64,000 nucleotides of DNA from the human T2T-CHM13v2.0 reference genome, Homo sapiens. Both the position numbers and the translations under genes were made by a program. Below are positions 1 to 13,390 of this stretch, one piece after another. The notes under the pieces were generated by a model. That model saw nothing but the letters and a program-made list of their open reading frames with translations, ran no database searches and was not told the origin of the DNA. Location of the stretch: the NCBI RefSeq assembly GCF_009914755.1, contig NC_060940.1; one strand, written 5' to 3'. The stretch's first letter is position 1; each line of letters opens with the position of its first letter.

Positions 1-977
1 ATTCAGGTGGTGCGTCTTTTTTTCAGATCCAGGTCCAAACTCCCAGGCTGAGCTTGGCTTACTATACAAGTCTGCCTCCCTTACTGAGTCTTGCTGGACA
101 GAAGTGGAGACTAAAGCTAAATGTTTCTGAGAGGTTCTGTGTCCAGCCATGTTCAGGTGATAGTACTGCCACTCCGATGACATCTTCCTCACGGTCAGTA
201 AATACAATGCCCAGTGAACAGGGGAGTTATTCAACACACACATTTCAAATATCTCTTTTAATGCCCACATGTAAAACCAATCAGAGACTCCCTTTTCTGA
301 GAGGGCAGCAATGATGCATTCCCAGTAATTTGTTAGAAATAAATGAGGGAGAGGCAAATATATGTCAGATACCCTGAGCCCTCCATTCACGTGGATTTGC
401 TTCTTATAAAGACCGATAACTGAACAGGTCTGAAACAAGCACTTCCTCCTGTCTCCGAACACTATCTGGAAGAATCCTTGAATCCTTTTTTCTAATATGA
501 TTGATGTGAAGTGGTGGATGGCATTGAAAGCCCACATTATGGAGATCTAGTCTAAAGTGACTACTTGAGAAGAAACTGCCTCATTACTAAGGTCCTTGTT
601 GTTACCGAGTGCGTTCAAGGGGGCTGAGTATATGCCTCTGATTAGAAACTGTACCTCTTCTTTGATTCCAGGAGGTAGAGAAATGGTGTTTTGGCTTGGG
701 CAGTGATGTTACTGAAACTTTGTTTAGTTTCAGCATAAATGGACATTTTCTGGATTTCTGTGGTTTGATGGAACATCACTTTCTTTAGCTTGCTTGGCAT
801 TGTGTACAGAGCTTGATTTTCTTGTATATTTTTGGTGGAACTAGACATTTTAAAACACTTTCCATCATGCAATTAAGTTTTCTGCAACTGGGAAATGCTA
901 ATGTAGATATATCTACTTGCTTGCAATAAGGAGACTCCAGAATCTCAAATGAGATGCCTGAGATGCCTGAAATTACT

Positions 978-1410
978 TTTTAACTTTTTATTATGAAAAA
1001 TTTCAAGCATATACAGAAATGGACAGAGAAGTGCACTGAAATCCTATGTAACTGTCACCCACCTTCAACAACTGTCAGTGGATGTGTTTTGTCTCTACTC
1101 CACCCACTTCTCTCCACCTCTTTCACCCGTACTGGTTTATTTTGAGGCATATCCCAGCTATCATATCATCTACATATATTTCAGTATGTATCTCTAAAAG
1201 AGAAAAACTCTTAAAAATAGTCACAATACCATTATCGTATGTAAAAAAATGACAGTATCCACTTGCCATCCTCAAATATCCAGTCACTGTTTAGTTCCTT
1301 GACTGAAACATATTTTTAAAAAATGAATGGTTTGTTTGAACCAGGATCCAAAGGAGTTCTACACATTATGACTGGTGGAGATGTTCTGAGAAGGTTATTT
1401 TAAATTGTTC
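978..1410 (-). mobile_element. Old L1M (L1MC/L1ME-type) 3' end fragment
   Basis: Begins ttttattatgaaaaatttcaagcatatacagaa...gtcacccaccttcaacaa, resembling the reverse complement of old L1M 3' ends. Confidence 0.55.
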
Positions 1411-2184
1411 CTTACACTTAGTGTGAGCATTGTCTTGTTTGAGCTCAGAAGTCCCTGCATAAATACCGAGGGCTTGAGGTCCCCATGGAACCCCTTCATG
1501 GCCCAGTGATTGGCCCAGCAAGTACATCATCTGCAAAATTCTGGCAGCAGAGACCAGAGGGGCAGGTGGTAGAAAACAAGATGTGAACAGATTGCTAGGA
1601 CCCCAGCTTGGGGGTCTCAAGTGGTCACTTTAGTTTAAAATGTTTAGTCCAAAGTGACCACTTGAAAAGGATTGATGGGACCCTATTCTAAAATTGGGTT
1701 TTTCTAAGTACTGGTAGGGAAAGACCACTCTAAAGTCTGTTTGATGACAGGCTGAGGATCTACTTGGGAAGAAACTTAGATCAAGGGATGAAAGAATTGC
1801 TCCAGAGAATAGGTCAGAGGGTGGGGCTGGCCACCACTTTGCCCAACACTAGTGAATCCATTTACCTCTTGGACATCTGTAGTGTGGCCCCATTCACATC
1901 CTGGAAGTGTGCAACATGATGGCCCTGGGTTTGAAGGCTGTTGGAACACGGTGCCTATGACTCAAAACCTTTTCTTGCTCAAGGTGGGGAGATCACTAAA
2001 ATCTCCCTGGGACTTTGAGAGTTAAACTTGCTAGTTCTGGAAAACCAGGCCAAAGTAGCTGATGAATTTGATTAAGGCCCATGATCCCAGAGGAATATTA
2101 GGTTGGGGGGAGACACTTTTATGCTTTGGGATGCAGTTATTGGCACCTCTGCCTCTTTTAAATGTGGGGAGGACAAGGGAGGGT

Positions 2185-2250
2185 CCATCTATCCATGCAT
2201 CCATCCGTCCATCAATCCATCCATCAGTCCACCCATTTGTCCATGTATCC
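2185..2250. repeat. Degenerate (CCAT)n simple repeat
   Basis: ccatctatccatgcatccatccgtccatcaatccatccatc seen directly. Confidence 0.8.
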
Positions 2251-3088
2251 ATTCCCTTTCTGTTCTATCTGCTTGTTTCTAGTTCTTCACAATTATCAGG
2301 CGAGTTATTTCCATGTGGCCAAGAACAGTGGCTCTTGCCAGCTCCAGGTTATTCGTACCAACATAAAGGAAATTTCTCTCTCCCATCATCTGTATATCAA
2401 TTCTAGTGAGGAAACTAGACTGGTCCTTCTTGAATCACATACCCACTTCAGCTAAGTCACTGTGTTCAGAAAAACAGGGTACTCTAATAGGTAAGCTCAG
2501 GTCAGATGTCCACTCCTGTGACTGAAGAAGGGTAAAAGAGTGGACTACTAAGGGCAGGAAAAACAAACTAACCACAGTAGCTATCACATTCCATCCCACC
2601 CCACTGCCCACTGACATGGGTACAACTCCAAGTTAAAGCCTCTAAGACTGCTGAAAATGTGGTATGGACAGGGATCAGTCCCACTTTCCGTATTCAGAAT
2701 TCTATTATTCTGCCTATTCAGTTTTTTCCAGTGTGGCTACCTCATTTCCTACCATACTGATCTATTTATTGGGTCCATCTTTAGCAGAGAGGAAGCAGGA
2801 GGTAAAGAAAATACCGCAGTGTTTTCAAAATGCAAAACATAGTTATATCTACATAGTCAGCCAACATCAACCCCTTTTTCTTTCATCCTTCACTCCACAT
2901 GCTATTTCCAACTCAAGGTATCATCTTGCCTTCCTCTCCTCTTCACCTCTTCGCATTTCTCCGAGAGGACTTGCCTTACAGGGACCTCAAAACAGAGAGG
3001 AGTGAGAAGGCAAGTGGGTGGGGTATGGTAGGTGTTGGGGAGAAGGCAGGGAAATCAGAAGAGGAGGAAACAGACTTCTGATTCTCCT

Positions 3089-3315
3089 ATGTACATACAC
3101 ATACACATGTACACACATACATGCATGTATAGTGCACACATGTGCATGAATGCACACATATCCACATGCACACACATGCACATAGGCATGCACGCACATA
3201 CATGCACAATGTACACATGTGCACCAATTCACACACAGCCATGTGCGTACACATGGCACACATGCACATACATATGCACACATGCTCACATGCATACACA
3301 GACACATACATGCAT
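3089..3315. repeat. Degenerate (CA/TG)-type alternating purine-pyrimidine tract
   Basis: About 225 bp of cacatg/cataca/tgcaca units; source of the HTHM and CVCM junk ORFs. Confidence 0.9.
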
Positions 3316-4718
3316 TAGATGATTCCGTGCACTGTTGACAAAATCATTCTGAAGTTAAGGATAGTTTTGTGACAGTCGATGTGGTTCTGAACACTATCTC
3401 TTGCTCTAGGAAACTTGTAAATGGGGGGAGGAAATTGGCATTTAGTCAATAATTCCTGAACTCCTTTCCCAGCCTTCCTTAAAATCTTTTCTATATCTTA
3501 AGTAACAAGCCCAATTGTTAAATAATGGTCAATGTATTCGTTTACATTTAATGCCATTATAATCTGTACCTATAGTATGCTTATGTTCATTTTATAAACA
3601 TGTATATTTTCTCTAGGTTTTTAATTATCCAGCAGAATTTATGATCAATCTTTTCTCTTACAACATATTCATCATAACTATAACTTTTCTAATGCTTATC
3701 ATCGGTCAGGAACCCTTCACCCCTTTACAAAATTGTTTCCAAAAGAAAAAGGGCATTTTTTTTGTAATAATCAGCTTAAGAACAACTTATAGAGGGAGCA
3801 TTTGTAGCAAATAATTGGGAACTGCCAGTACTTTTCTTTCAGTTCCAATATGAACGTGGTCAAAAAGTCTGGGCATGAGTTAGAAACAACTGAATATTGA
3901 AAATGCAAATGGCATAGCTGAACTCAAGGGAAATGCTTCACAGGCAGACAAAAGTACCATCAAAAATGCTGTCATAATGTTATGAAATTTTAATTCATGA
4001 TCAAAACATCTCCCAAGTCCCAATACTACTTTTCAGTATGTCTTTCAAATTATAGTGGGACTTGGTGGATAGCTTTTTAAATATTCCTTAAATTGCAAGT
4101 AGCTGAATATTTGGCCCTAAATACTTTGCAATTCTTACTGTGGCTAAACTCAGAGATTCAGTAAGAACAGTTACATCAGCACAGAGCACTCTGCCTCTTC
4201 TATCTTACATCTTCTAGCAAACAGAATGTGTTTCAGGCACGCATTCCGGAGTTATGTTTAACAATCCCGAGACATCATCTCTATTCAGCCTCACAGCCTC
4301 CGGTGGAGATGAAATGAATATTAAATAATCAAAAGGGATGGCCATGAAATCCTGCTGCACCCGAGTAAAGCTCAGCATTAGGGTGACCGCTTTTTTCTTG
4401 ATATTATATTTGCATCTTTTTTCAGAAATTATTTGCTTTAAGCTTTTAAAATGGGCATTACTGGGTAATTGAGGTCAGGGGCAACCCTGAGTATTAATGG
4501 GGTGTTAAAGAAAACTATAGTTTAACTCTGTGAAATTTAAATTCCTTTGGTCTTATGCTGAAAAAATTTATTTAGGTGTGATGAGCTTGCAAGGTCTCAG
4601 GTAAGTCATCCACACCTATAGTGGTGTGACAAGAAAGTAGGAATAAGAGGAGACTGAATGTTTTGGGGTTAGCAAAGGGCCTGAGTTATTAGCTGTGACT
4701 AGAGGCCTGTTTGATAGA

Positions 4719-5343
4719 TGTATTACTCTTCTATGGCTGTGTAACAAGTGACCACAAATATAGCACCTTAAACCAACACTCGTTTAGTAGCTCATAGTTT
4801 TGTGGCTCAGAGGTCCAGTATAGCATGGCTAGGTTCTCTGCTTAGGGGTCAGAAGGTGAAATCAAGGTGTTGGCTGAACTGAGTTTCTACCTGGAGGCTC
4901 TAGGGACGAATCTGCTTCCAGTCTTACCCTTATTCTTGGCAGAATTCAGTTCCTTGTGCCTGAGGCTCCCATTTCCTTGCTGGCTGTCATCCAGGAACCT
5001 GCTCTTAGCTCCTACAGGCTACTCATATTCCTTGCCACACAGGCCCCTCCATCTTCAAGCCAGCAATTGTGGGTTAGAGCCTTGTGCTTTGAAATGCTGA
5101 CATCCTCCAAACACCGCATGTTCTCACTCATAGATGGGAATTGAACAATGAGAACACATGGACACAGGAAGGGGAACATCACACTCTGGGGACTGTTGTG
5201 GGGTGGGGGGAGGGGGGAGGGATGGCATTAGGAGATATACCTAATGCTAAATGATGAGTTAATGGGTGCAGCACACCAGCATGGCACATGTATACATATG
5301 TAACTAACCGGCACATTGTGCACATGTACCCTAAAACTTAAAG

Positions 5344-5377
<34 letters not shown>

Positions 5378-5653
5378 TAAAAAAAAGTAAAGAAATGCTG
5401 ACATCCTCTGTTGCTGACCTCTAGACCCAGATTTAAAGGGCTCATGTGATTAGGTCAGGCTCACCCAGAAAATATTCCCATCTTAAGGTTAACAGATTTG
5501 GGACATAATTACATCTGCAAAAATCTCTTTGTCCATATAACACAACATAGTCATGGGAGTGACAATCATGTTCACAGTCCCAGGGATTCTACAGAGCATA
5601 TTCTCCATGGGGCAGGGGACTCAAGGGACATCTTAGAATTCTGCCTACCGCCA
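4719..5653 (-). mobile_element. MaLR solo LTR (MLT1E/D-like), interrupted by an L1PA
   Basis: Starts tgtatta...gctgtgtaacaagtgaccacaaa, has gaattcagttccttg core, ends cttagaattctgcctacc; split at 5108-5391. Confidence 0.8.
5108..5391 (+). mobile_element. 5'-truncated young L1 (L1PA2/3-like) 3' UTR
   Basis: caaacaccgcatgttctcactcatag...cctaaaacttaaagtataa; GAG rather than the L1Hs-Ta ACA; perfect 17-bp TSD gaaatgctgacatcctc (5091-5107, 5392-5408); (TAA)10 in tail. Confidence 0.95.
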
Positions 5654-6257
5654 CGGTGTTGGTAAATATCCTGACCCTGTAACAATGAGCGTGAGGTCCT
5701 TCTTAGATGACCATGAGCTTCTGGTGAGGGTTTTCAGAAGGAGGGGGACAAAGGAGTGATAGTTAGAGGCTAGTTATCTGCAAGCCACATGTCCCATCTC
5801 CCAGGTGGTGAAATAAACCCAGGTCAGCTTCCTAATACAACAGGTGGTTCATTATATCCTTCTTAAAAATCTCACAGAATAACACGAATGATCTAGACAT
5901 TTTAATAGTGAAAATATAATCCTAGCCAGAGATGCAAGAAAGAGCCTGTCTTCCTATTCTGTCACCCCTGGGGATAATGAAAATTGGGGAAATATGTTTT
6001 TTCCTTTCTGTCACATACAGTTCTGCAATCACCCCCTGGTCAGTGGGCCACCAGACCTGGGGTCAGTCCCACTTGCCCGTCAGTCAGGCAGGCACCTTTG
6101 TGCGCAGTCATGTGCAGCATCCCTGTATAGACTAGGTATGTATCCAAGCCAAGTGGGACTAAGCCACTTAGGGCCTGGATAGCAGACCCAGCATTTTGTT
6201 GCAACTAATGGAGGAGAGAAATATGTTGACTGCATAGTCACAGAGTAAGGGGCAGAC

Positions 6258-6470
6258 CAGGGTTTCTCACCTCAGCACCATCAACAGTGGAGGCCACATA
6301 ATTCGTTGCAGTGGGGCCTATCCTGTGCATGATAGGATGTTGACAGCATGCCTGGCCTCCACCCACTAGATGCCAGTAGCATGTGCCCTGAGTTGTGACA
6401 ACCAAAAATGTTTCAGACATTGCCGAATGTCTTATAGGGGTACAAAATCACCCCCGCTTGGGAACTTCTG
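6258..6470 (-). mobile_element. MER20 (hAT-Charlie MITE)
   Basis: cagggtttctc...ccacccactagatgccagtagca...gttgtgacaaccaaaaatgtttcagacattgcc...gggaacttctg; 213 bp. Confidence 0.9.
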
Positions 6471-6934
6471 CTATAGATATATATTTCTATAACATAAAAG
6501 GAGGGGAAAATTTAGAAAAGCCATCCAGTGAGGACATCCATTGAGATTCTTTTAGAACTGGAAAACGCAGAATGAAAAGAGAGAGAGAAGGAGAAAGCAA
6601 GCAAGCCCTTTTTGCTGGAGCCTTGATCAAATGGTACCTGAAGTCACTAGTGGCTTTCTGTCACTCACAACCTAAAGAGTCCTAACTAACACAAGGGACA
6701 TCACAGACAAAGAAAAGAGGATTAACATGACACCTGAGCCTTTTCATGTCATTTATGCATGAGAAGGATGAGACTGGGTGCGGGAGGTAGATGGTTGCAT
6801 TGACGTGGTCAGGGTCCTTGTATGCCAGCCTGAGAGGTTGGGACTTGGTTCTCTGCCCACCACAGAGGGTTGGTATAATAGCCCATTCAGCATACTTGAA
6901 ACTCTGAGACTGACTTTTACAGCCAGAAGCATAT

Positions 6935-7345
6935 TGGAAAGCACCCCAATTGTCATTGTCTTAGATGACTCACTTCTATTGTAGTAAAGCAATAGAACAG
7001 ATATTAGGAATGAAAATCCATAAACATCAAGAAGAATGCGTATCCATCACCCATAAAGCTGATTTATAAAGAAAAATTTGCCAAGAAAACTTGATTGCTT
7101 TTATTGATAGAATGGCTAAATTAGAAGATGAAAGGATCACAGTAGAAGTCATAGATCTTATTTCAGTAATGCAGCTGATATATTATCTCACAAAATTTTG
7201 CTTGACAAATTAATTCAAATTGGTTTGGCAGAGGAGATGTCGGCACAGATTGAGAGCTGGACAAAGGCTCACAAAGCCAGGATAATGACAAACAGCCATG
7301 GCTGGAGCTGCTGTGAGCTGCCTGATGTGCTACTAGAGGGATGAT
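6935..7345 (+). mobile_element. CR1/L3 LINE reverse-transcriptase remnant
   Basis: Manual translation across frameshifts: LTSI..KAIEQIL...HKHQ / CQENLIAFIDRMAKLEDERITVEVIDL / FSNAADILSHKILLDKLIQIGL...IESW..HKARIMTN, aligning with CR1 RT (SCLTNLISFYDKVT..VDEG..VDVVYLDFSKAFDTVSH.ILL.KL...GL). Confidence 0.75.
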
Positions 7346-7829
7346 CTGTCTCTGGCTTCACTGAATCCCTTAATTTCCTGTTGAGAAAAAGGGACCAATA
7401 AATGCAGGGTAGTTAGCCTTGGCTACTGGGTCACTTAATGGAAGAGCTCAGAAGGTCCCTGAGAATGAAGAAAGGACATGGAGGAGAAATTGTACACACT
7501 GAGTGTCCTTAGGGTTAAGCCTTGGGAGGAATATCAGCAAACTGGACTCACAGTGGGGCTGTGGAACAAGATAGGAACCTTGGCAAGAGTGGTCAGAGGA
7601 CAGAACATCCTTATAATTGTAATTATTTCCCTGCATCAGGGAAGCTAGATGTCCTGATATAAAAGCACAAATCCAAGTGTCTATAATAGGGCCAGGTGGA
7701 AGGATGACACAACTTAGAGAGTGCATGACCTATGTAGCAATGAAAATAAATAAAATCCATCAAGCTCGGTGAATCTGTAAATCATGATGTAGAGCAAAAG
7801 TAGCTAGACCCAAAATAAGATTTTCAATG

Positions 7830-8135
7830 AGATTTCATTTACATACTGCTCTCTAAATAGGCAAAACTATGTAGTTTAGGGATACATACTTACATCATAA
7901 AAATATGATGAGAAGCGAGAAAATGATTCTCATGTAGGTCAGGACAGTGGTGATCCTCAGAGGCTGATGGAGACTGTGATTTGAGGGGCATATGGTTCTT
8001 CTAGGGGTGCGAGCCATATTCCATCCCTTTACCTGGAACTGGGTTACATAGATGTTGGCTTTTAATCACTCCTAAAATTATGCATCTATTTCATGTACTC
8101 GTTTGAATATATGACATATATCACAATGAAAACGG
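7830..8135 (+). mobile_element. Old L1ME-type 3' end fragment
   Basis: taggcaaaacta...tttagggatacatactta...gtcaggacagtggt...atatatcacaatgaaaa resembles L1ME 3' UTR. Confidence 0.55.
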
Positions 8136-8270
8136 GGAAAAAAGGGCTCAGAAACTATTTAAAGAAAGCAGTCACTAGTCAGCTTCAATGGATTGTTGGC
8201 ATGTTGGGATGGGGCCAATGTTGTCAGACCAAGCTTTTAAAAGAAATAAGATATATTAGTTAACATCTGA

Positions 8271-8613
<343 letters not shown>

Positions 8614-8829
8614 TAATTCCAAAATTATTTAGACACTGCAAACTCACAACATGGACCAAATAAAATAGGTCTCAAGGTGAGATTGGGCCTATGAGTGGCA
8701 GTTTGTGACTTCTTCCCCAATCCCAAGGGCGGGGAAGAGAAGAAAATCATTTCCATCCTGCTATATGTATCAGTGTTCTTTGCACTGCTTTTTATCTGGG
8801 GAACCTTATGTTAATTGCTAATGACTCAG

Positions 8830-8960
8830 TGGGTCTTTATTCTCATGACTATTCCATTTTAGCTGACAGAAAGTTTAAGAAATTTGCTCAGGGTTATACA
8901 GCTAGTAGGTGAGGGAGTTGAGGTTTGATCCTAGGCTGATTTAATTGCAAAGCCTGTGCT
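8830..8960 (-). mobile_element. MIR fragment
   Basis: ccatttt...aatttgctcagggttatacagctagtagg...tttgatcctagg MIR core. Confidence 0.6.
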
Positions 8961-9763
8961 AGCACTGATTTTGCAAGGATCCATGAATAGACATTGAGCC
9001 TGGTGCCTCTTTTCTAACCCTCTGTCCCTTGCAGACATCATTAATTGATCAGTGGTCTTTCCTGCTGAGTTGAGGCCCATCTTCCAATGCATTTTATCCT
9101 AGAACTCCAGGAATCTACTCATAACTGACTAGAGTTGGTGATTTCCATGAAATACATTTCCTGTCCTGACATCATACTACTCCCCCAGTGGTTTGGGAGT
9201 TGACGTGGACAGCTCCTGAGGTGTTGCTGGAAGCAAGAATTGTCAGCCACAGTTTGCTATTTTCAGTTAGGTTCTTCTTTGGTAAAGAACTGATCAACAT
9301 GATTGTCTCTCACTGGACTGGATTCTTTCTGCTCTTGACATTGCACTACCTGATCCAGAAACGGAATCCTGGCTGGGTGCTTTCCAGATCTGGACATAAC
9401 CTCCATGCAGAGAAATCACCTTGAAAGCTGCTTCTCTCACTACACCTCTGGAAAGAAGAACATTATCAAGGGTGACTAAATGGAGTGTTAAATGATCTTT
9501 AGAAAAAGAGAAGGACAACGATGTGCATGACATCAGGAGGTTAGTGCGGAAAAGAGAAAGGGCAATGATAATATGCGCTAACCAGGCACCTCCTCTACTG
9601 TGGTCAGAGAGGGACCCAGACAGAGCATGAGAGAGCATATGGTCCGTATCCCTCAGTTCACAAACAGGGGCCGGGGATTTGATGTGATTCATCCCAAGAG
9701 CAAGGGTGCTTCTGTCATCACACCTGGATTCTCACTGTGATATGAGCAAAACATAGCGTAGTA

Positions 9764-10937
9764 CAGTCATGCTTTGCATAGCGACATTTCAGTCAACAAT
9801 GGACCACATATATGTCATGGTCCTGTAAGATTATAATGAGGCTGAAAAATTCCTGTCACCTAGTGATGTCATGGTCATTGCAATGTTGTAGCACAAAATA
9901 TAACTCATGTGTTTGTGTGTTTGTGCTGGTGTAAGCAAACTTACTCTGCTGCCAGTCATATAAAAGTATAGCACATACGATTATGTGCAGTGTGTATTAT
10001 TTGATAATGATAATAAATATGTTATTTGGCTTATGTATTTTCTATACTGTAGCCTTATTTTAGAGTATGTTCTTTCTACTTATAAAGAAAAGTTAACTGC
10101 AAAGCAGCCTCAGGCAGGATCTTCAGGAGGTTTTCTGGAAGAGGGCGTTGCTGTCACAGGGGAAGCCAGCTCCATGCCTGTTATTGCTCCTGAACACCTC
10201 CCAAAAGGTGGAGGTGGAAGACAGTGATACAGATGATCCAGGCTCTGTGCAGGCCTAGTTAATGTTTGTGTATGTGTGGTTCAACAAAAAAAGTTTAAAA
10301 AGTAAAATAAATAAATAAATAAAAATAGAAAAAGCTTATAGAATAAATATATGAAGAAAGGATATGTTGGTATAGTTGTACAATGTGTTGTTTCAAGCTA
10401 AGTGTTATGAAGGAGTAAAAAAATTAAAATTAAAAAGCTTATAAAGTAAAAAGGTTACGATAAGCTAAAGTTGATTTATTATTGCAGAAAGATAATTTAA
10501 AAAAAAATGTTTAGCCGAAGGGTACCGTGTTTATAAAGTCTACAGTAGTGTACGGTAATGTCCTAGGCCCTCACATTCACTCACCACTCAGTCACTGACT
10601 CACTCAGAGCCACTTCCAGTCCTGCAAGCTCCAGGCATGGTAAGGGCCCTATACAGGTGTACCATTTTCATCTCTTATATCATATTTTTACTTTACCTTT
10701 TCTGTGTTTAGATACACAAATATTTACCATTGTGTTGCGATTGCCTATAGCATTCAGTACAGAAACATGCTGTACAGGTTTGTAGCCTAGGAGTAATAGG
10801 CTCTACCATATAGCCCAGGTGTGTAGTGGGCTTCACCATCTAGATTTGTGTAAGTTCACTCGATGATGTTTACACAACAGGGAATTGCCTAATGATGCAT
10901 TTCTCAGAATGTATCCCATTGTTAAGTGACACGACTG
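9764..10937 (+). mobile_element. Tigger3b (TcMar-Tigger) non-autonomous DNA transposon
   Basis: Termini cagtcatgc...acgactg with TA duplications at 9762-63 and 10938-39; about 1.17 kb; typical internal cactcaccactcagtcactgactcac. Confidence 0.9.
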
Positions 10938-10949
10938 TAATTGAGATAA

Positions 10950-11150
10950 CGAACCTCAGGTTTGGACTCCTCGATTTATATCCCAATTTTGTTATGTTCT
11001 ACCTTTGTGACCTTGGACAAATTTCTTAACCTCTCATCTATAGCATGCAGATGACAGCAGGACATATTTTAGTGAGTCGTTAGGATTATAGGAGAAAATG
11101 TAGGTAAAAGTGCATGTATCTGATGCCTGGCATAAAGTAAGAACTCAATA
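10950..11150 (+). mobile_element. MIR
   Basis: tgtgaccttggacaaatttcttaacctctc...gcctggcataaagtaagaactcaata. Confidence 0.65.
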
Positions 11151-12143
11151 CATATATATTTTAATAAACACATGTATATATGTTTATATATTTATATAAA
11201 ATCCTCATAACTATATCATGGCAAGTAATATGCTGTAAGACCTATATTTCCAAGAACATGAATAGTTTAAAAGAGCTCTTCTTTTATGAAGTTGGATTTA
11301 TGTGCCCATTTCAGGTCTGATATATCATTTTAGAAGGGTAGCACAGTATCTTTTATAAAGAAATATGTCCTAAGTGTTGCTGTGAGAGATAACATATCCC
11401 AATAGACCCCTTAGCCCTTTGCTGACACTGTTCTCTAAGGAATAAAGATTTTTAGTTACAGAAAGGTGAATATAAGTGACAGTTTCCTGTTCTGGGTATC
11501 TCTTAATAATAGTTGAAAGAGTTGTTTGAAATCAGATCTTATAAAGAGAAAAGAAAAATCCATTAGAACAAAAGAGATCCCATTCCGAGAAGTGAATGAA
11601 CTATGTCCTGATGATTTGCTAGGATTCTTTTCAGACAGCCACGGTCTTGGAGCATCGGTAACTGATTCAAGTGAATGAGCCTGAGCTGATTAAGGATGGG
11701 GTAGTGGGCACTTACCTAGTGGCTGCAATTGAGCATCCAGGAGTAGAGTCAGGACCCAGTGCCCAGCAGGCTATTAGAGTGAAGGTCAAGCAGAGGGCAG
11801 TAGCGTAGGGTAGAAGTGAGATGTTAGACTATGGGAGAACTGTGACACCAGGGAAACTGCAGGTTACAAAGGGTCCCACAGCTGAAGGAGTAGCCATCCA
11901 GGCTTTCTGGTGACTGTTGGCCTATCCCAGGAGGAAAACATGTGTGTTTAGGAGCAAGGTGGAAGGTCAGGGAGAAGAGGCTGTTGTTAAGTGAACTGAG
12001 CCAGTTCAGGCAACAAACATAGATGATAGATAGATACTATTTAGATAGACAATAGGTAGGTTAAATATGTATAGATACTAGATAAAGAAGTAATGGATAG
12101 ATAGGTAGGTAGGTAGACAGATAGGTAATGGATTGATGGATGG

Positions 12144-12681
12144 TGTGTTAGTTTTCTATTGTTGCCATAACAAGTTACCACAAACTTAGTGACTTAAAAC
12201 AGTGCAAGTTTTTATCTCATAATTTTACAGGAGAGAAATCCAGTCAGCTAGATTTGTTTCTCTGCTCTGGGTTTCATAAGCCAAAATCAAGGGGTCAGCC
12301 AGGCTGTGTCCTTTCCTTGAGGCTCTGGGGATAAATCCCCTTCTCAGCTCGTTCAGGCTGTTGGCCAAATTCAGTTCCTTGTGGCTGTTAAGACTGAGGT
12401 TCCCATTTCCTTGCTGGCTGTCAGTTGAGACCACTTCTTGATTCTTGGGGCTGCATCCTTGCTCTTGCTTTTGATGAGATGCTGCCCTGCACTCTCATCT
12501 TGCCACCTTTGCCTTCTGCTGCATGTCTCGTGCATCCTTTTTTCTTCTTATCAGGACTCATGCAATCACATTGGGTCCTCCCAGATAATCCAGAATAATC
12601 TCCCTATTTTAAGGGCAGCTGATTAGTAACCTTAATTACATCTGCAAATTAGAGGTCATCTTTAGAATGTTGCCCACCACA
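12144..12681 (-). mobile_element. MaLR solo LTR (MLT1E-like) within a degenerate (GATA/GGAT)n tract
   Basis: tgtgttagttttctattgttgccataacaagttaccacaaacttagtgacttaaaaca...ttgcccaccaca; tagata/gatgga repeats at about 12020-12143 and 12685-12820. Confidence 0.8.
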
Positions 12682-13099
12682 TGTGGATTGATGGATGGAA
12701 ATATAGGCAGACAATCGATAATAAATTGATGAATAGATGGATAGCTAGTTAGATAACAGGTAGGTAGGCAGATAAGTAGATATGTAGACAGATGGATAAT
12801 GGATAGATAGCAATGATAAGTTAATACCAGATCAAAGTTGTTTTGCAGTTACCAATGCCTCCAATAATAGTGTTTGAGTAGAGTTCTTATCCAGAAATTA
12901 GTGTGATGGTATCATCGTGGTCTGGCCTGTTGTTTTTCCTTTTTCATGGTTCTATATTTCTGACTCAGTTGTATGTCCACCACTTACCATATCACATCCT
13001 GGTCTTTCGACTTTCTGCAGTTGGAGCTGATATAATAGGTAGCTTTTTTGGTTTTTGTAAGCGATTGTCTTGCATTCCATTACTGTTTATTCTTAATGC

Positions 13100-13390
13100 A
13101 CTCAAAACCATTTGTGCAACTATTTAGTGCCAGGCATTGTGAGACATATTAATGATACAATAAGGCACAAGACAGACATGGTCCAAACTCCTACAGTATT
13201 GTTAGAGAGATTGAGAAGCAAACTGGTCATACTGATAGCAGGTGACAAATGCTGTGAGGAAGGAGAAATGGAAGATGAAATGCATTAGATGGGCATACGG
13301 CCTATCTTCAGAAGCCTACAGAAACTTTGTGGAAAAAGCAATATCTAATCTGAGACCCCAAGGATGAGCGGGGATTAGTCATGTCTAGGA
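13100..13390 (-). mobile_element. L2 fragment
   Basis: tgccaggcattgtg...acaagacagacatggtcc...atctgagaccccaaggatgag resembles L2 3' region. Confidence 0.5.

Noticed and set aside
130-960. Unique-looking sequence with short ORFs, considered as a transposase relic or exon
   Set aside because: The frames I translated gave no motif I can assign to a family
2987-3322. His/Cys-rich ORFs resembling metal-binding proteins
   Set aside because: Translations of the CA/TG simple repeat
6358-6380. CTCF-like ccactagatgccag inside MER20
   Set aside because: Mismatch in the core GGC and a generic feature of MER20 copies, so not locus-specific evidence
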